From Naegleria gruberi (lineage: Eukaryota): a stretch of DNA of 64,000 bases. The notes beneath the pieces are model-generated. The model was given only the letters and a program-made list of their open reading frames with translations, was not told the DNA's origin and made no database searches. Position numbers and translations under genes: made by a program. Location of the stretch: NCBI GenBank assembly GCA_000004985.1, contig GG738924.1; one strand, 5' to 3'. Each line of letters begins with the position of its first letter. The stretch's first letter is position 1. Shown piece after piece: positions 43,100 through 53,278 of this stretch.

Positions 43100-43510
43100 T
43101 AATAGAGACATTGTAAAGATATCCATGTAATCCAAAATGTGTCCATGGTCAATGCGTTTCTGGTCAATGTATGTGCTCAAGGATGGATAGGTGAAGCTTG
43201 TAATGTTCCACTTTCTGAATGCAATCCTCAATGAGTTCATGGTAAATGTGTTTCTGGACAATGTAAGTGTAACAATGGATGGGAGCTGAGTGCAATAGTC
43301 CAGAAATCTCCTGCGCTACTCAATGTTTCCATGGTCAATGCATCCAAGGATCTTGTATGTGCCAAATTGGTTGGACTGGTGCTTCTTGCAACAGGCCAGC
43401 CTAGCCAATTTGCACCAATGGTTGTAACAATGGTCATTGTATCAATGTTCTGAAGGTTGGACAGGTGTTTCATGTAATATTCCTTTAGCTCTTAAATGCG
43501 AACCTAAATG
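43100..43510 (+). pseudogene. decayed EGF-like (tenascin-type) repeat gene fragment
   Basis: Repeated C..HG.C..G.C.C..GW.G..C units (CVHGQCVSGQCMC, CFHGQCIQGSCMCQIGWTGASCN, CTNGCNNGHC) spread over three frames with in-frame stops. Confidence 0.6.
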
Positions 43511-43661
43511 TGTAAATTTTAAAATGTATAATATTCCAACTGGAAAAATGAATTAATAAATGGTTTTTCATTATTCATTATAGCTATTCGTTTTATAAAA
43601 TTTGAGCAGTGGTTGAGAAAGTATATAAAGAGGTTTAAGGTATTAAGGAAATCATGAAGCA

Positions 43662-43734
43662 GCTGGCGTAGCTCAGTCGGTAGAGCGTTGGTCTAATAAG
43701 CCATTGGTCGCCGGTTCGATCCCGTCCGTCAGCA
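43662..43734 (+). tRNA. tRNA-Ile (anticodon AAU); T-stem and anticodon-stem each carry one mismatch
   Basis: GCTGGCG-TA-GCTC-AGTCGGTA-GAGC-G-TTGGT-CTAATAA-GCCAT-TGGTC-GCCGG-TTCGATC-CCGTC-CGTCAGC-A. A TTTT run lies at 43739-43742. Confidence 0.7.
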
Positions 43735-44440
43735 ATGATTTTATACATTACGTTTTGAATCATTAAAACATTCGCGTACTTTGACTCTCAAACAATGTTT
43801 CAAGAAAGCTTATCAACTAGCTTTACAGATTATAGGAAACACTGGTATGTGTTTTGAAGAATAATATCTGATTGAAATAATCCTCTTTTTCTAAAGTAGT
43901 TGATTCTAGTGTTTTCTTCCAAACAATTGTCCGCCAATTAACATTTACTCAAACTGGAATCTTTTAAGGTTTTTCCAAAATACTCTTAATAAAATTAACA
44001 TCTATTTCAATGGTGGACTTGCGTTTCAGAAAAAATATGAAATTGACACACAAAAAGTTTGTGAGTGAAGGTAGTGTCGATCTACCACCTTAGATTCAAC
44101 GGTGAGCGTCTATGTTCTCCCAATTAAACTATTCACCCACAAATTTATCTATTAAACACACAGATCAAGATATGATAATAAGCACTTCCAAAAATAGATT
44201 TGGTTTTGGTTTTGATTAATTTTAAATATAACTTATTGAATTTGACGCTCTATTCAGAATAGAGTTTAGTCAGTGGATTGTTTGAAATATGAGTTGATAT
44301 TTGAAAAGTAAATTAGTAAATTGAATCAGTGAAGGTTTCATTAGGGGAAATCAGATTTCCATCCAAATTTGGAACCTTACATCTAACTTTTTGAGTTTGT
44401 TCCAAATGAAAAACTATTCGAAATGGTTTAAATTAGCACC

Positions 44441-45439
44441 ATGTGTTTGAACTTTACTATCCAACAAAAAAAAATGAAAACAAATCTAATCTTTTCAATT
44501 GCAATTCTACTTTTACTTGCAATCCTCTCAGTTCAAGCAAGTGACAGCTATCAAACTAAACCTCCAGTTGTTGACAAGTATCACAAGCCAAGAATTTGTA
44601 AGAGAAAATGTTTAAAGCACAAGTGGATTAAGAAGTGTTTGAAACACAAACTCGTCGGTCAAAAGAAGGTCTGTGATCAATATGCAATTGTCGGTGCTGG
44701 CAAATGTCTCAAACATAAGAAATATTCTAAATGTGACAAGTACAGTAAGGCAACAAAGAAGTGTGTCTTGCATGCATACAAGATTGTTGGATGTGCCAAG
44801 AAGAAGTATTGGAAAGTTTGTGATTCTTATGGAACTAAGAAGATTTGTATCAAGAAGGGTTACAAGAAATTCTGTGCCAAACACAAGATTATCAACAAGT
44901 GCGTCAAGAAGGGATATAAGAAGGTCTGTAAGAAATTCAAGAAGGTTCCAATCAAGAAGTGTGAAAAGAAGAAGATTTGCGACAAGTATACTGTTGATTC
45001 CTATAATAAGAAGGTTGCCAAATGTAGATATGTTAAAAAGTGCAAGATTGTTTCATGGGCAAAGAAATGCGCCAAGTATAAGAAGGTTAAATACTGTAAG
45101 GAGAGAAAATCCATTAAGAAGTGTTGTCTCATTAAGAAGAAATTCTTCTGTGCCAAACATAAGACTATCAAGTTCTGTAAACACAAGAAGACTATTTCCA
45201 AATGTGTGAAATATAACAAGAAGAAGTATTGTGCCAAGTCAATTGTCATTCCACCAAGATGTATCAAGAAGAAGTATTATAAGAAGTGTTTGAAACGTTC
45301 AAAGGGAAAGAAGATTTGTAAGAAATTCAAATTAGTTGGTGGAAAGAAAAAGTGTTGCAAGTCAATCAAGAAGAAGATTTGTATCAAGAGAAAGACATGC
45401 AAAAAGTCATCAAAGCCAATCGTTAAACCATCCTTGTAA
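44441..45439 (+). CDS. secreted lysine/cysteine-rich repeat protein (probable start at the second Met, 44474: MKTNLIFSIAILLLLAILSVQA signal peptide)
   Basis: After the signal peptide, about 300 aa are roughly 35% Lys and 13% Cys in about 25 degenerate units (K/C)KKxCxKxKK(I/V). No His/acidic residues, no TM segment. Confidence 0.6.
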   Translation: MCLNFTIQQKKMKTNLIFSIAILLLLAILSVQASDSYQTKPPVVDKYHKPRICKRKCLKHKWIKKCLKHKLVGQKKVCDQYAIVGAGKCLKHKKYSKCDKYSKATKKCVLHAYKIVGCAKKKYWKVCDSYGTKKICIKKGYKKFCAKHKIINKCVKKGYKKVCKKFKKVPIKKCEKKKICDKYTVDSYNKKVAKCRYVKKCKIVSWAKKCAKYKKVKYCKERKSIKKCCLIKKKFFCAKHKTIKFCKHKKTISKCVKYNKKKYCAKSIVIPPRCIKKKYYKKCLKRSKGKKICKKFKLVGGKKKCCKSIKKKICIKRKTCKKSSKPIVKPSL

Positions 45440-45520
45440 ATTAATGGCATTTGCTAATACACTCTTAGTAATACGTGAGAAATATTAATAACAAAATAAA
45501 TTAAACTATTTCACTACAGT

Positions 45521-48382
45521 TTATTTAGAAACTTTGGATGACAATGAGGCAAGAGCCATTTTGGCAAGCTCTCTACACTCATTACCTCCATCATTCTCAC
45601 TAATATCCATCAACCAATCAAATACCGAATGCACCTCCACCTTCACTTCATTCAACAGAGTTTCAGATGTGCAAGAACAGAAGGAGGTATGAAGTGTATT
45701 TAGAATACTAGCTCTAAGACTATTCACTTTTTGGACATCCTTACAGTGTAGAATGAGTGTCCAACAGAATTCGATGGTATTCCTTGCCAATTCTTGTCCA
45801 ACCAATGGAGCAGGATTAGATCCACAACAATATATGAAAATTCCAATGGTGTGAATAATCTTGGAGAGAACTAAACTATCCTCACCAAACATGATGTGAA
45901 TGGTGTTAGACATTTGATTCTTTGTTCTCAGCAGCATGTAGTAGAATCGGTAGGCGTGGAGAAGAAAGTAGTTTGCCTTGGCTACCTTTTCTGTCTTTTT
46001 CTTATTTAGGGAGGAGCCCCATCTTCTAGTGTTGGCTGGATATTGAGGAGTGTAGGTGGTTTTGGAATTCTTTGTTTCGTTAGTGGAGGTTGGAGGTGTA
46101 TCTTCCTTCTTCTTTTCAGATTGAGAGATTGAAGTATTATTCGAAAGATTGAGGGCAGATTTCACAAGTACTGTCAAAATGTCAATTCTTTGAGCTTGGG
46201 TCACTTGGTTGGACCAGAATTTGTTTGTCAAGTATATTAAAACTGTTTCATCTTCAAAGTCAATAGACCTCTGATCTTGCTTATCAAATTGAAGTTCAAT
46301 TACGGATGAACATGTCTTGGTGAGAAGTGCAACCATGGCATTCATTCTATCTGTGAAATAATTATCAATGGTAGTCTCTGAACAGGTCAATAGAGCTGTA
46401 CACAAATTAACACCATTCAATTGGACCACCTTTGGATCTGCTCTTTCAATAATTGTGGTTGCATACTTGAGAGCTGCTTCAATTTTGAACATTTGATCCT
46501 TGTCTTGATCGTTGGCAAATAAAAAGTCAATTACATCCTTGATATAGTATGGTCTGTAAGGATTATTCTCGTGATCATGCTCCTCATCAGACATGTCCAA
46601 AGATTGGAGAGATTCTACTGAAGATGTATCAGAGAGATCTGCTTCTTCCTCTTCAGAGCTACTGCTCTCCTCGTCGTCATCGAGGAGTAATTGATTAGGA
46701 TTGAAAACTTTCTCCTTCTTTTTCTTATCAAGATCCTTCTTTAAATTTGATTTTGGTTCTCCAAATACATTGGGTTTCCTCTCTGAAAAATTGGTACTTG
46801 AATTCTGAATGTTAGATGTGAGCTCATCGAGACAATCCTTGTATTCTTCAAAGAGAACGAGCGGAGGTTGCTTTGGATTAATGCTCTTACTCATTTGTAG
46901 AGAAAGTAACTAGATATTGTTAAATATATATGTATGACAACTAATCAACTTACACATCCACTTTTTCTTACATAGTCAATTGAAGAATGTAATCTTTGCT
47001 GAATTCCTTCAATACAATTTTTCAAGGTATTTGAAATTTCAAACTCTTCCTTGCTCATTAGTGAAATAAGCATAGCAAGACAATACGATACATCTATTAA
47101 ATTATTCCATTATTAGAAAATGCCACATTATTAATAAAAACATACATAATTGCTGTTCCTCATTAGATTGCATAATAAAATAATGTTGTTTCCATATTGA
47201 ACTGATATAATCCGTTACTGATGAAAGGGCAATTGTTGTATTGGTACAAGCTGGTCCGATTGAATCAATTAACATCTTTACAAAAATATACTCATTCCTG
47301 TTTACAACGTGTGGTGCAAAGGCGTACTTGAAAATAAGTGCATTTGAGAATAGTTCATACCACAAAAATGATTTGAGAATCTTCTCATTGAAAAACTTGA
47401 CCAATTCTTCATACCTATCCAAACTTGGTCTACTCTTTAGAACTTTGATGATGAATGATTTTACAATATTTTCCAGTGCACTAATATTGAAACCCTTTCT
47501 ATTTTCCAATGAAGATAATACTCTGTACAATTGATGATTGGATTCTGAAAACCATTTCACAAGTATATCACAACAAATATCTCCATATCCTCTCTTGATG
47601 AATTGTAAAATGAAATTTCCAGCTATGTCAATGGAATAATTGATAATTTCCTCATCCTCAGACTCTATGGAAATTAGTGAATTGATTATGTGTGAAATAT
47701 AGATATCAGAATTGAATAGCTTTGGTAACTTCCACAATGAAGAGTTTGTTCTCATGTATTGAGATTGAGTGCTAAGCTCTCCTTTGAAAACAAGTAGATC
47801 CTCAGATGCTGATGCATGGTCCAGCAATTCTACAATTAAACTATCATTCTTTTTTGACGTAGACCCTTTCGAATCGTCTCGATTTCTATCATCACTCTTA
47901 AAATAGAGTGCACTAATCTTTTCATGAAGAGTTAAAATAATTCTAATGATGGTCTCTTGTTCAATATTGCCAGTTATTGAATTTTTCCCTCCTTCCATAC
48001 AAGATTTCACCATACTGAAATAAAAATCATTTTGTTCCATCATGGGCACCAGTAAATTATGAATAATTATTGGAAAATGCTTATGAGAAAGGACATAATC
48101 CACTAGAAAGCAAAACCTCTCCACAAAATTTGTTGCCTTTTTCTTGTACGAGTTCGACAAAATGATGTGTGGTATTATCAATTGTTTAATTTCCATATCG
48201 GAGAAGAGAGAAATGTGATCAGCAATAATTCTCACAATTTCCGAAAATGATTTTCCCTCAATTTTAAAATTACTATTTGATTCCGAGAGGAGAGAAGTAG
48301 ATGATGATGAATTCATCGAAACAACCCTTCCTAACAAATTCTTCAATTCCGAATTGATATCTTCCTTGTTGAATTGACTCAT
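45521..48382 (-). CDS. three-exon gene, 48382-47146 / 47093-46954 / 46909-45521, encoding an about 920-aa all-helical (HEAT/ARM-like) protein with an acidic Ser-rich linker; tentatively TELO2-like
   Basis: The two annotated ORFs (47102-48382 and 45521-46894) are joined in frame through a 140-nt middle exon by introns GTATGT..TTAATAG (52 nt) and GTAAGT..ATCTAG (44 nt). Linker SSSSEEEEADLSDTSSVESLQSLDMSDEEHD resembles the CK2-site cluster of Tel2. Confidence 0.5.
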
Positions 48383-48491
48383 TTTTTTAATATTAATTTT
48401 TAATTATTTAATCAATATTTCTTCAATAATTAAAAGCTTTTAATTTATTATGAAAAGAAGTACTTTTAATTCAAGTTGATTGAATAAAAGT

Positions 48492-50414
48492 TCAATTTTT
48501 ATGATTATTTCTGTGAATCTTGTGTAATTTTCTGGAAAAATCTCCAATCAAATAAAGTGAGCCAGTCACGAGAACTGAAACTTGTTGAGATTTCATATCC
48601 CACACAAAATCTAAAACTTGATTGATGCTATTGAAGATGGAAACTTTTGATTCGTCACCAGTTAATTCAATCCAAAGCTTCTTCAAGTTGTTAAGCTTTT
48701 CTGACTCGGCCTTTGACATGCCAGTTGATTTGTTTACCAAACTATTCTTTTGTGAATCGGTTGGACAGAAAATGACATAATCGAAATATTCTTTTGAGGT
48801 TGTAAGGGAAGCTAAGAGTTTTCTTGGATCTCTTACACCTGTATAGTTGAAAACAAGGACCTTCTTGTGATCTTTGGAGGATTCAGAATTTTGAGCATCT
48901 ATTCTTCTTTGGAAGGTTAGAGAGGAATTTTCTTCATTGTCACTTGAAATGTAGGAAATGTCTTCGAATTCTTGAGGAGCTTGATCATTCTTGTCAATGC
49001 ATTGAACAAACCACCTTCTACAAAGGTCCAAACTCTCATCAGTGTGAGCTCCATCAATATAGAAATCCAATCCTGGGAAGTTTACTATTTGACACCTACC
49101 TGGCCATCTAGTACTCTTCAACCCTTCAATGAAAGTTTCAGAAAGGTGGAATGGTAAAAAGTTTTTGAGTTCTTCCTTGTGAGTTGTGGTTTCATAATTG
49201 GAGTTGGCCAATGTGAGAGGAGTTTGTGAAATTGGCTCACAAACCTCTCCCTTCAAACACTGATTAAATTTGGTAAGGATATTATTTTCCTCAATAGTGC
49301 TTAAAGATACTGAAACACTTCTATTAGTCCTTTCCAAGAATGTTTTACAAAGGGCAATAGCCAATGCAGCATTCCATCTTTGATGTTCACCCTTTAGCCC
49401 AATTTCAAGCTTGTTAATGCTACCCTTCTCATTGAGAATTCTTTCATAATCCTCAATAGATGGACACATATAAAGAGGTGCGTGTGTTTGCTCTGAGGTC
49501 TTGATGAAAGAGGCCAATGCTTCCTCCTTTTGAGGGCAAGTAATACATGGAACATCCTTCTTCATAATGCCAGCCTTTTGAGCAGATATTTCAGTAATGG
49601 TTTCACCCAATAAATCCATGTGATCGTACCCAATCGATGAGATACCACACACAACTGGATCAATAATATTGGTTGCATCATATTTACCACCAATACCAAC
49701 CTCTATAATGGCTACATCAACCTTCTCGTCAATAAATGCCTTCAGTGAGACGAGAACCATCAATCGGAAATAGGTTGTCATTGGGAATGTTTGTTCAGAA
49801 GTTGTTTCCTGAGTCAATCTATCATAACAATACCAAAATGCATTTGTAAATGTTTCCTTAGAGACCAGACCACCATCAATACGTATTCTTTCTCTAATAT
49901 CAACAAGATGCGGAGAAGTGAACAATCCAGTTTTGAGACCTTGTTTTTTCAGTATATATTCACAGAATGCACAAGTACTTCCCTTTCCTTTGGTACCTGC
50001 CACGTGAATCATTTGTAATTTAGAATGATCCAATCCAATTTTATCACAATATGATTTTGTAATTTCCAAACTCAATTCATGAGCATTTGCATCATGAGGA
50101 GGAGCTTTCCTAGAGATGAGTGAATCGAGAATTTTCAATGCATTCTCATAATTCTTTTCTGTGATATGTTCTTGTGAAGCCATTTCGGAAAGTTGTGTAA
50201 TGGTATTTTGTTGATTTGAAGAGTTATTGTGATGATGAATGGAATAGAATTTGGAGTTTGGAGAAGAGTATGGAATTGTCTCTAATTTTCGGGAGAGTGT
50301 TGGTAGAGCTGTTGATGATGGTTTAATTTTCAATGATTTGCCAAATAAACCTGGAAGGAGAATAGATGATAATACACTTGAACAACAATTATTTCTCCTA
50401 ACAATAGATTTCAT
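48492..50414 (-). CDS. FPGS: folylpolyglutamate synthase (FPGS/DHFS family), with an N-terminal extension suggestive of an organellar presequence
   Basis: HVAGTKGKGST (P-loop), TSPHLVDIRERIRIDG, VAIIEVGIGGKYDATN. The second in-frame Met (MASQEH..) precedes the conserved core. Confidence 0.8.
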   Translation of the reverse strand: MKSIVRRNNCCSSVLSSILLPGLFGKSLKIKPSSTALPTLSRKLETIPYSSPNSKFYSIHHHNNSSNQQNTITQLSEMASQEHITEKNYENALKILDSLISRKAPPHDANAHELSLEITKSYCDKIGLDHSKLQMIHVAGTKGKGSTCAFCEYILKKQGLKTGLFTSPHLVDIRERIRIDGGLVSKETFTNAFWYCYDRLTQETTSEQTFPMTTYFRLMVLVSLKAFIDEKVDVAIIEVGIGGKYDATNIIDPVVCGISSIGYDHMDLLGETITEISAQKAGIMKKDVPCITCPQKEEALASFIKTSEQTHAPLYMCPSIEDYERILNEKGSINKLEIGLKGEHQRWNAALAIALCKTFLERTNRSVSVSLSTIEENNILTKFNQCLKGEVCEPISQTPLTLANSNYETTTHKEELKNFLPFHLSETFIEGLKSTRWPGRCQIVNFPGLDFYIDGAHTDESLDLCRRWFVQCIDKNDQAPQEFEDISYISSDNEENSSLTFQRRIDAQNSESSKDHKKVLVFNYTGVRDPRKLLASLTTSKEYFDYVIFCPTDSQKNSLVNKSTGMSKAESEKLNNLKKLWIELTGDESKVSIFNSINQVLDFVWDMKSQQVSVLVTGSLYLIGDFSRKLHKIHRNNHKN

Positions 50415-51171
50415 AAAGAATCTGATGATAAATTATATATTCAATGATGAGGAGGCTTTAAAATCAAAATTCTCCAATTTAATTTAAATTATCAGGATAA
50501 TATAATTATACTATTAATGGCTGCGATGATGATGATGATGTAAATTTCAAAAGTAAAATTCCATCGAGAGTTGCTGATGAACTAGTATGATCGTTCCTTT
50601 GTTTCAATTTTTTTGAAATTGTTCCTCATCAATAAGAATGGATATGAGCACATGAACGGACTTGCATACGGATTGAGTTTTCATCTTGATAGTGAATGGA
50701 AGAAGAATCTGTATTGAATAGTAGAGTCTCATCGGTGAATTTTGAAGAATATTATTGCTTCTTACAAAATATTGCACAGGTGTCTTGTTGGATTTTATTG
50801 GGTTGGACACGTCGACAGAGTTTTGTAAAGTATTAAAGTAAAGGTCTAGAGCTTAATTAGGCCTTAGGGGAGATTAATTAATTAACCCTTCTTAATTTAT
50901 CAAGGGTTTCATTCATTGAATTTTAATAATATGTATTAATAATCATAAATTTCGGAAGAAACATCATATTGATTTAAAATTATGATCATAATTGAGCAAC
51001 AAATAGAATGAAGAGATCATCACATGAAAATGTTCTCATCAAACTATTCTCTTATCATCATTTGATTTGAAACATAAAACTAGATAATAAATTTATTCAT
51101 TCCATCAGCGTCACTAGATAACCAAGAACACGTAATTTTATTTTAAAATTTAATTAAAATATTTAAATAAA

Positions 51172-52119
51172 ATGCATCAAGAACGTAATTCAGTGTTGTG
51201 GAACAATTCAAACGATCCTTTCTATAATGGTAGTGGTAGCAATGATATGTTGAGTCCATCATCTGCTGCTGGTGTATCATCTGAATATACATTCCAACCA
51301 ATTAGACATGATGATTTTTTCGGAGGAAGAGGACACTCAAGAAATCCATCATTTGATATGGTTGATGTTAATTATAATAGTGGAGGAAGTGCATCAAATA
51401 GTAGACCAACATCACCAATTGGAATTAGAAGCACATCACCATTGGTAGCAAATCAACAACAAATGAGAAAGCAAAATAGTTTGGAACCAGTCATTGATGA
51501 AGTACCTTTATTAGAAGAATTAGGAATTAACTTTACTGATATGTGGGACAGAAGTTTATTTGTTTTAAATCCATTCTCTAGGGAGAGAAGAAAGGCACTT
51601 CACTCCATGATGATTACCAACGATCCACACTATCAAAATCAACAACAACAACAACATCATCGTAATTCCTCTATGAGCAGTGAGGAATCAACTATACAAC
51701 ACCTTTTGAAAGATATGGATTTAGCCGGACCTTTGATCTTTTGTCTGGCTTTAGGATTTACACTTCTTCTCAAAGGAAAGATTCACTTTAATTATATTTA
51801 CGGAGTTGTTGTTATTGGATGTTTATCAATTTATGTTCTTTTGAATTTAATGTGTCCTCTCTCGAAGCACATTGAATTACAACATTGTATTTCTATTCTC
51901 GGATATGGTTTATTACCAATGGTTGTTCTTGGCTTGTTAACAACACTCTTACCATTCCCATATGTGAGCTTGGTGTTGAGTGCTATTGCTGTATTTTGGA
52001 GTACATATGGATCGAGTACAATGTTTGTTGCTGCTCTAGGAATGAGTCATCAGAGAATGCTTGTTTCCTATCCAATAGGATTGGTCTATGCCACTTTTGC
52101 TTTGATTACTGTCTTGTAA
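51172..52119 (+). CDS. Yip1 domain family membrane protein
   Basis: DEVPLLEELGINF motif, then five hydrophobic helices (GPLIFCLALGF..., GYGLLPMVVLGLL...). Confidence 0.65.
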   Translation: MHQERNSVLWNNSNDPFYNGSGSNDMLSPSSAAGVSSEYTFQPIRHDDFFGGRGHSRNPSFDMVDVNYNSGGSASNSRPTSPIGIRSTSPLVANQQQMRKQNSLEPVIDEVPLLEELGINFTDMWDRSLFVLNPFSRERRKALHSMMITNDPHYQNQQQQQHHRNSSMSSEESTIQHLLKDMDLAGPLIFCLALGFTLLLKGKIHFNYIYGVVVIGCLSIYVLLNLMCPLSKHIELQHCISILGYGLLPMVVLGLLTTLLPFPYVSLVLSAIAVFWSTYGSSTMFVAALGMSHQRMLVSYPIGLVYATFALITVL

Positions 52120-52378
52120 ATGCAATGACATGTTAATAAATTATTATATTAATTACATATATTATGTTGTAAAATAAGTAAATCATTGCGTGTTGTTGTA
52201 CTGTAGTTGAATCTAAAATGACTTTACTATTCCTTGTTGTTACAAAAAACTAGCCGTTTCATAAAAATTTAAATTTAATAAAAATGCAAAACCGTTACAA
52301 AAGCAATTTTTTATAAATAGACCAAACCATTCAATTTGGCTCAAACACCAAGTTAAAAAAAAACAACACAATAACAAA

Positions 52379-52795
52379 ATGGCCAGAACCAAGCAAACTG
52401 CCAGAAAGTCCACAGGTGGTAAAGCACCAAGAAAACAATTGGCTTCCAAAGCTGCTAGAAAGTCCGCCAAACAACCATCAACTGGTGGTTTGAAGAAGCC
52501 ACACAGATATAAGCCAGGTACCGTTGCCTTGAGAGAAATCAGAAAGTATCAAAAGTCCACTGAATTGTTGATCAGAAAGTTGCCATTCCAAAGATTGGTC
52601 AGAGAAATTGCTCAAGACTACAAGTCTGACTTGCGTTTCCAATCTAATGCTGTCTTGGCTTTGCAAGAAGCTTCCGAAGCCTATTTGGTTTCCTTGTTTG
52701 AAGATACCAACTTATGTGCCATCCACGCTAAGAGAGTTACTATCATGCAAAAGGATATGCAATTGGCCAAGAGAATTAGAGGTGAAAGAACTTAA
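52379..52795 (+). CDS. H3: histone H3 (138 aa; N-tail slightly longer than canonical)
   Basis: [80 protein letters not shown]...ERT. Confidence 0.95.
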   Translation: MARTKQTARKSTGGKAPRKQLASKAARKSAKQPSTGGLKKPHRYKPGTVALREIRKYQKSTELLIRKLPFQRLVREIAQDYKSDLRFQSNAVLALQEASEAYLVSLFEDTNLCAIHAKRVTIMQKDMQLAKRIRGERT

Positions 52796-53278
52796 TTCAA
52801 TTTTTGCTAACCTTTCATATGATGATGATAATTTGTGTGAGGTGAGTCCTTTTGATTGAACTAACCCCTTTATCTAAATGACCATGTGATTCCCTATTAT
52901 ATTAATTATGTGTGATGAATTAATTATTATTTATTAATGTGATTCCGAAACACAATAGTGATGGTAACGACTTATCCACAAAGTAATCATTGTATCTATT
53001 CCCAACAACAAATCCTAGGCTTCTTGTAAATATAAAAACCCCAAACTATTAATTATTTATAATTCAAAACTTGTTCTTCTCAATCTCTTGGTCTAGAATT
53101 GTTAATATCAAACAATCGAAACTGTGCAGACTATTTGCATGTTTCATATAGTTGTGGAATCATTATCAGTTTGATAACACATTCTTTAAATTTGTCCAAA
53201 TTATTATCAAATCTTTCTTATTCTTTTTAAATCAGCAGCTAGTCTTGCTATGTGAAAACCCAATAGAATGGAATTAGT

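Noticed and set aside
50530-50546. (GAT)5 tract in the FPGS/Yip1 divergent intergenic region
   Set aside because: Too short to be more than a simple microsatellite.
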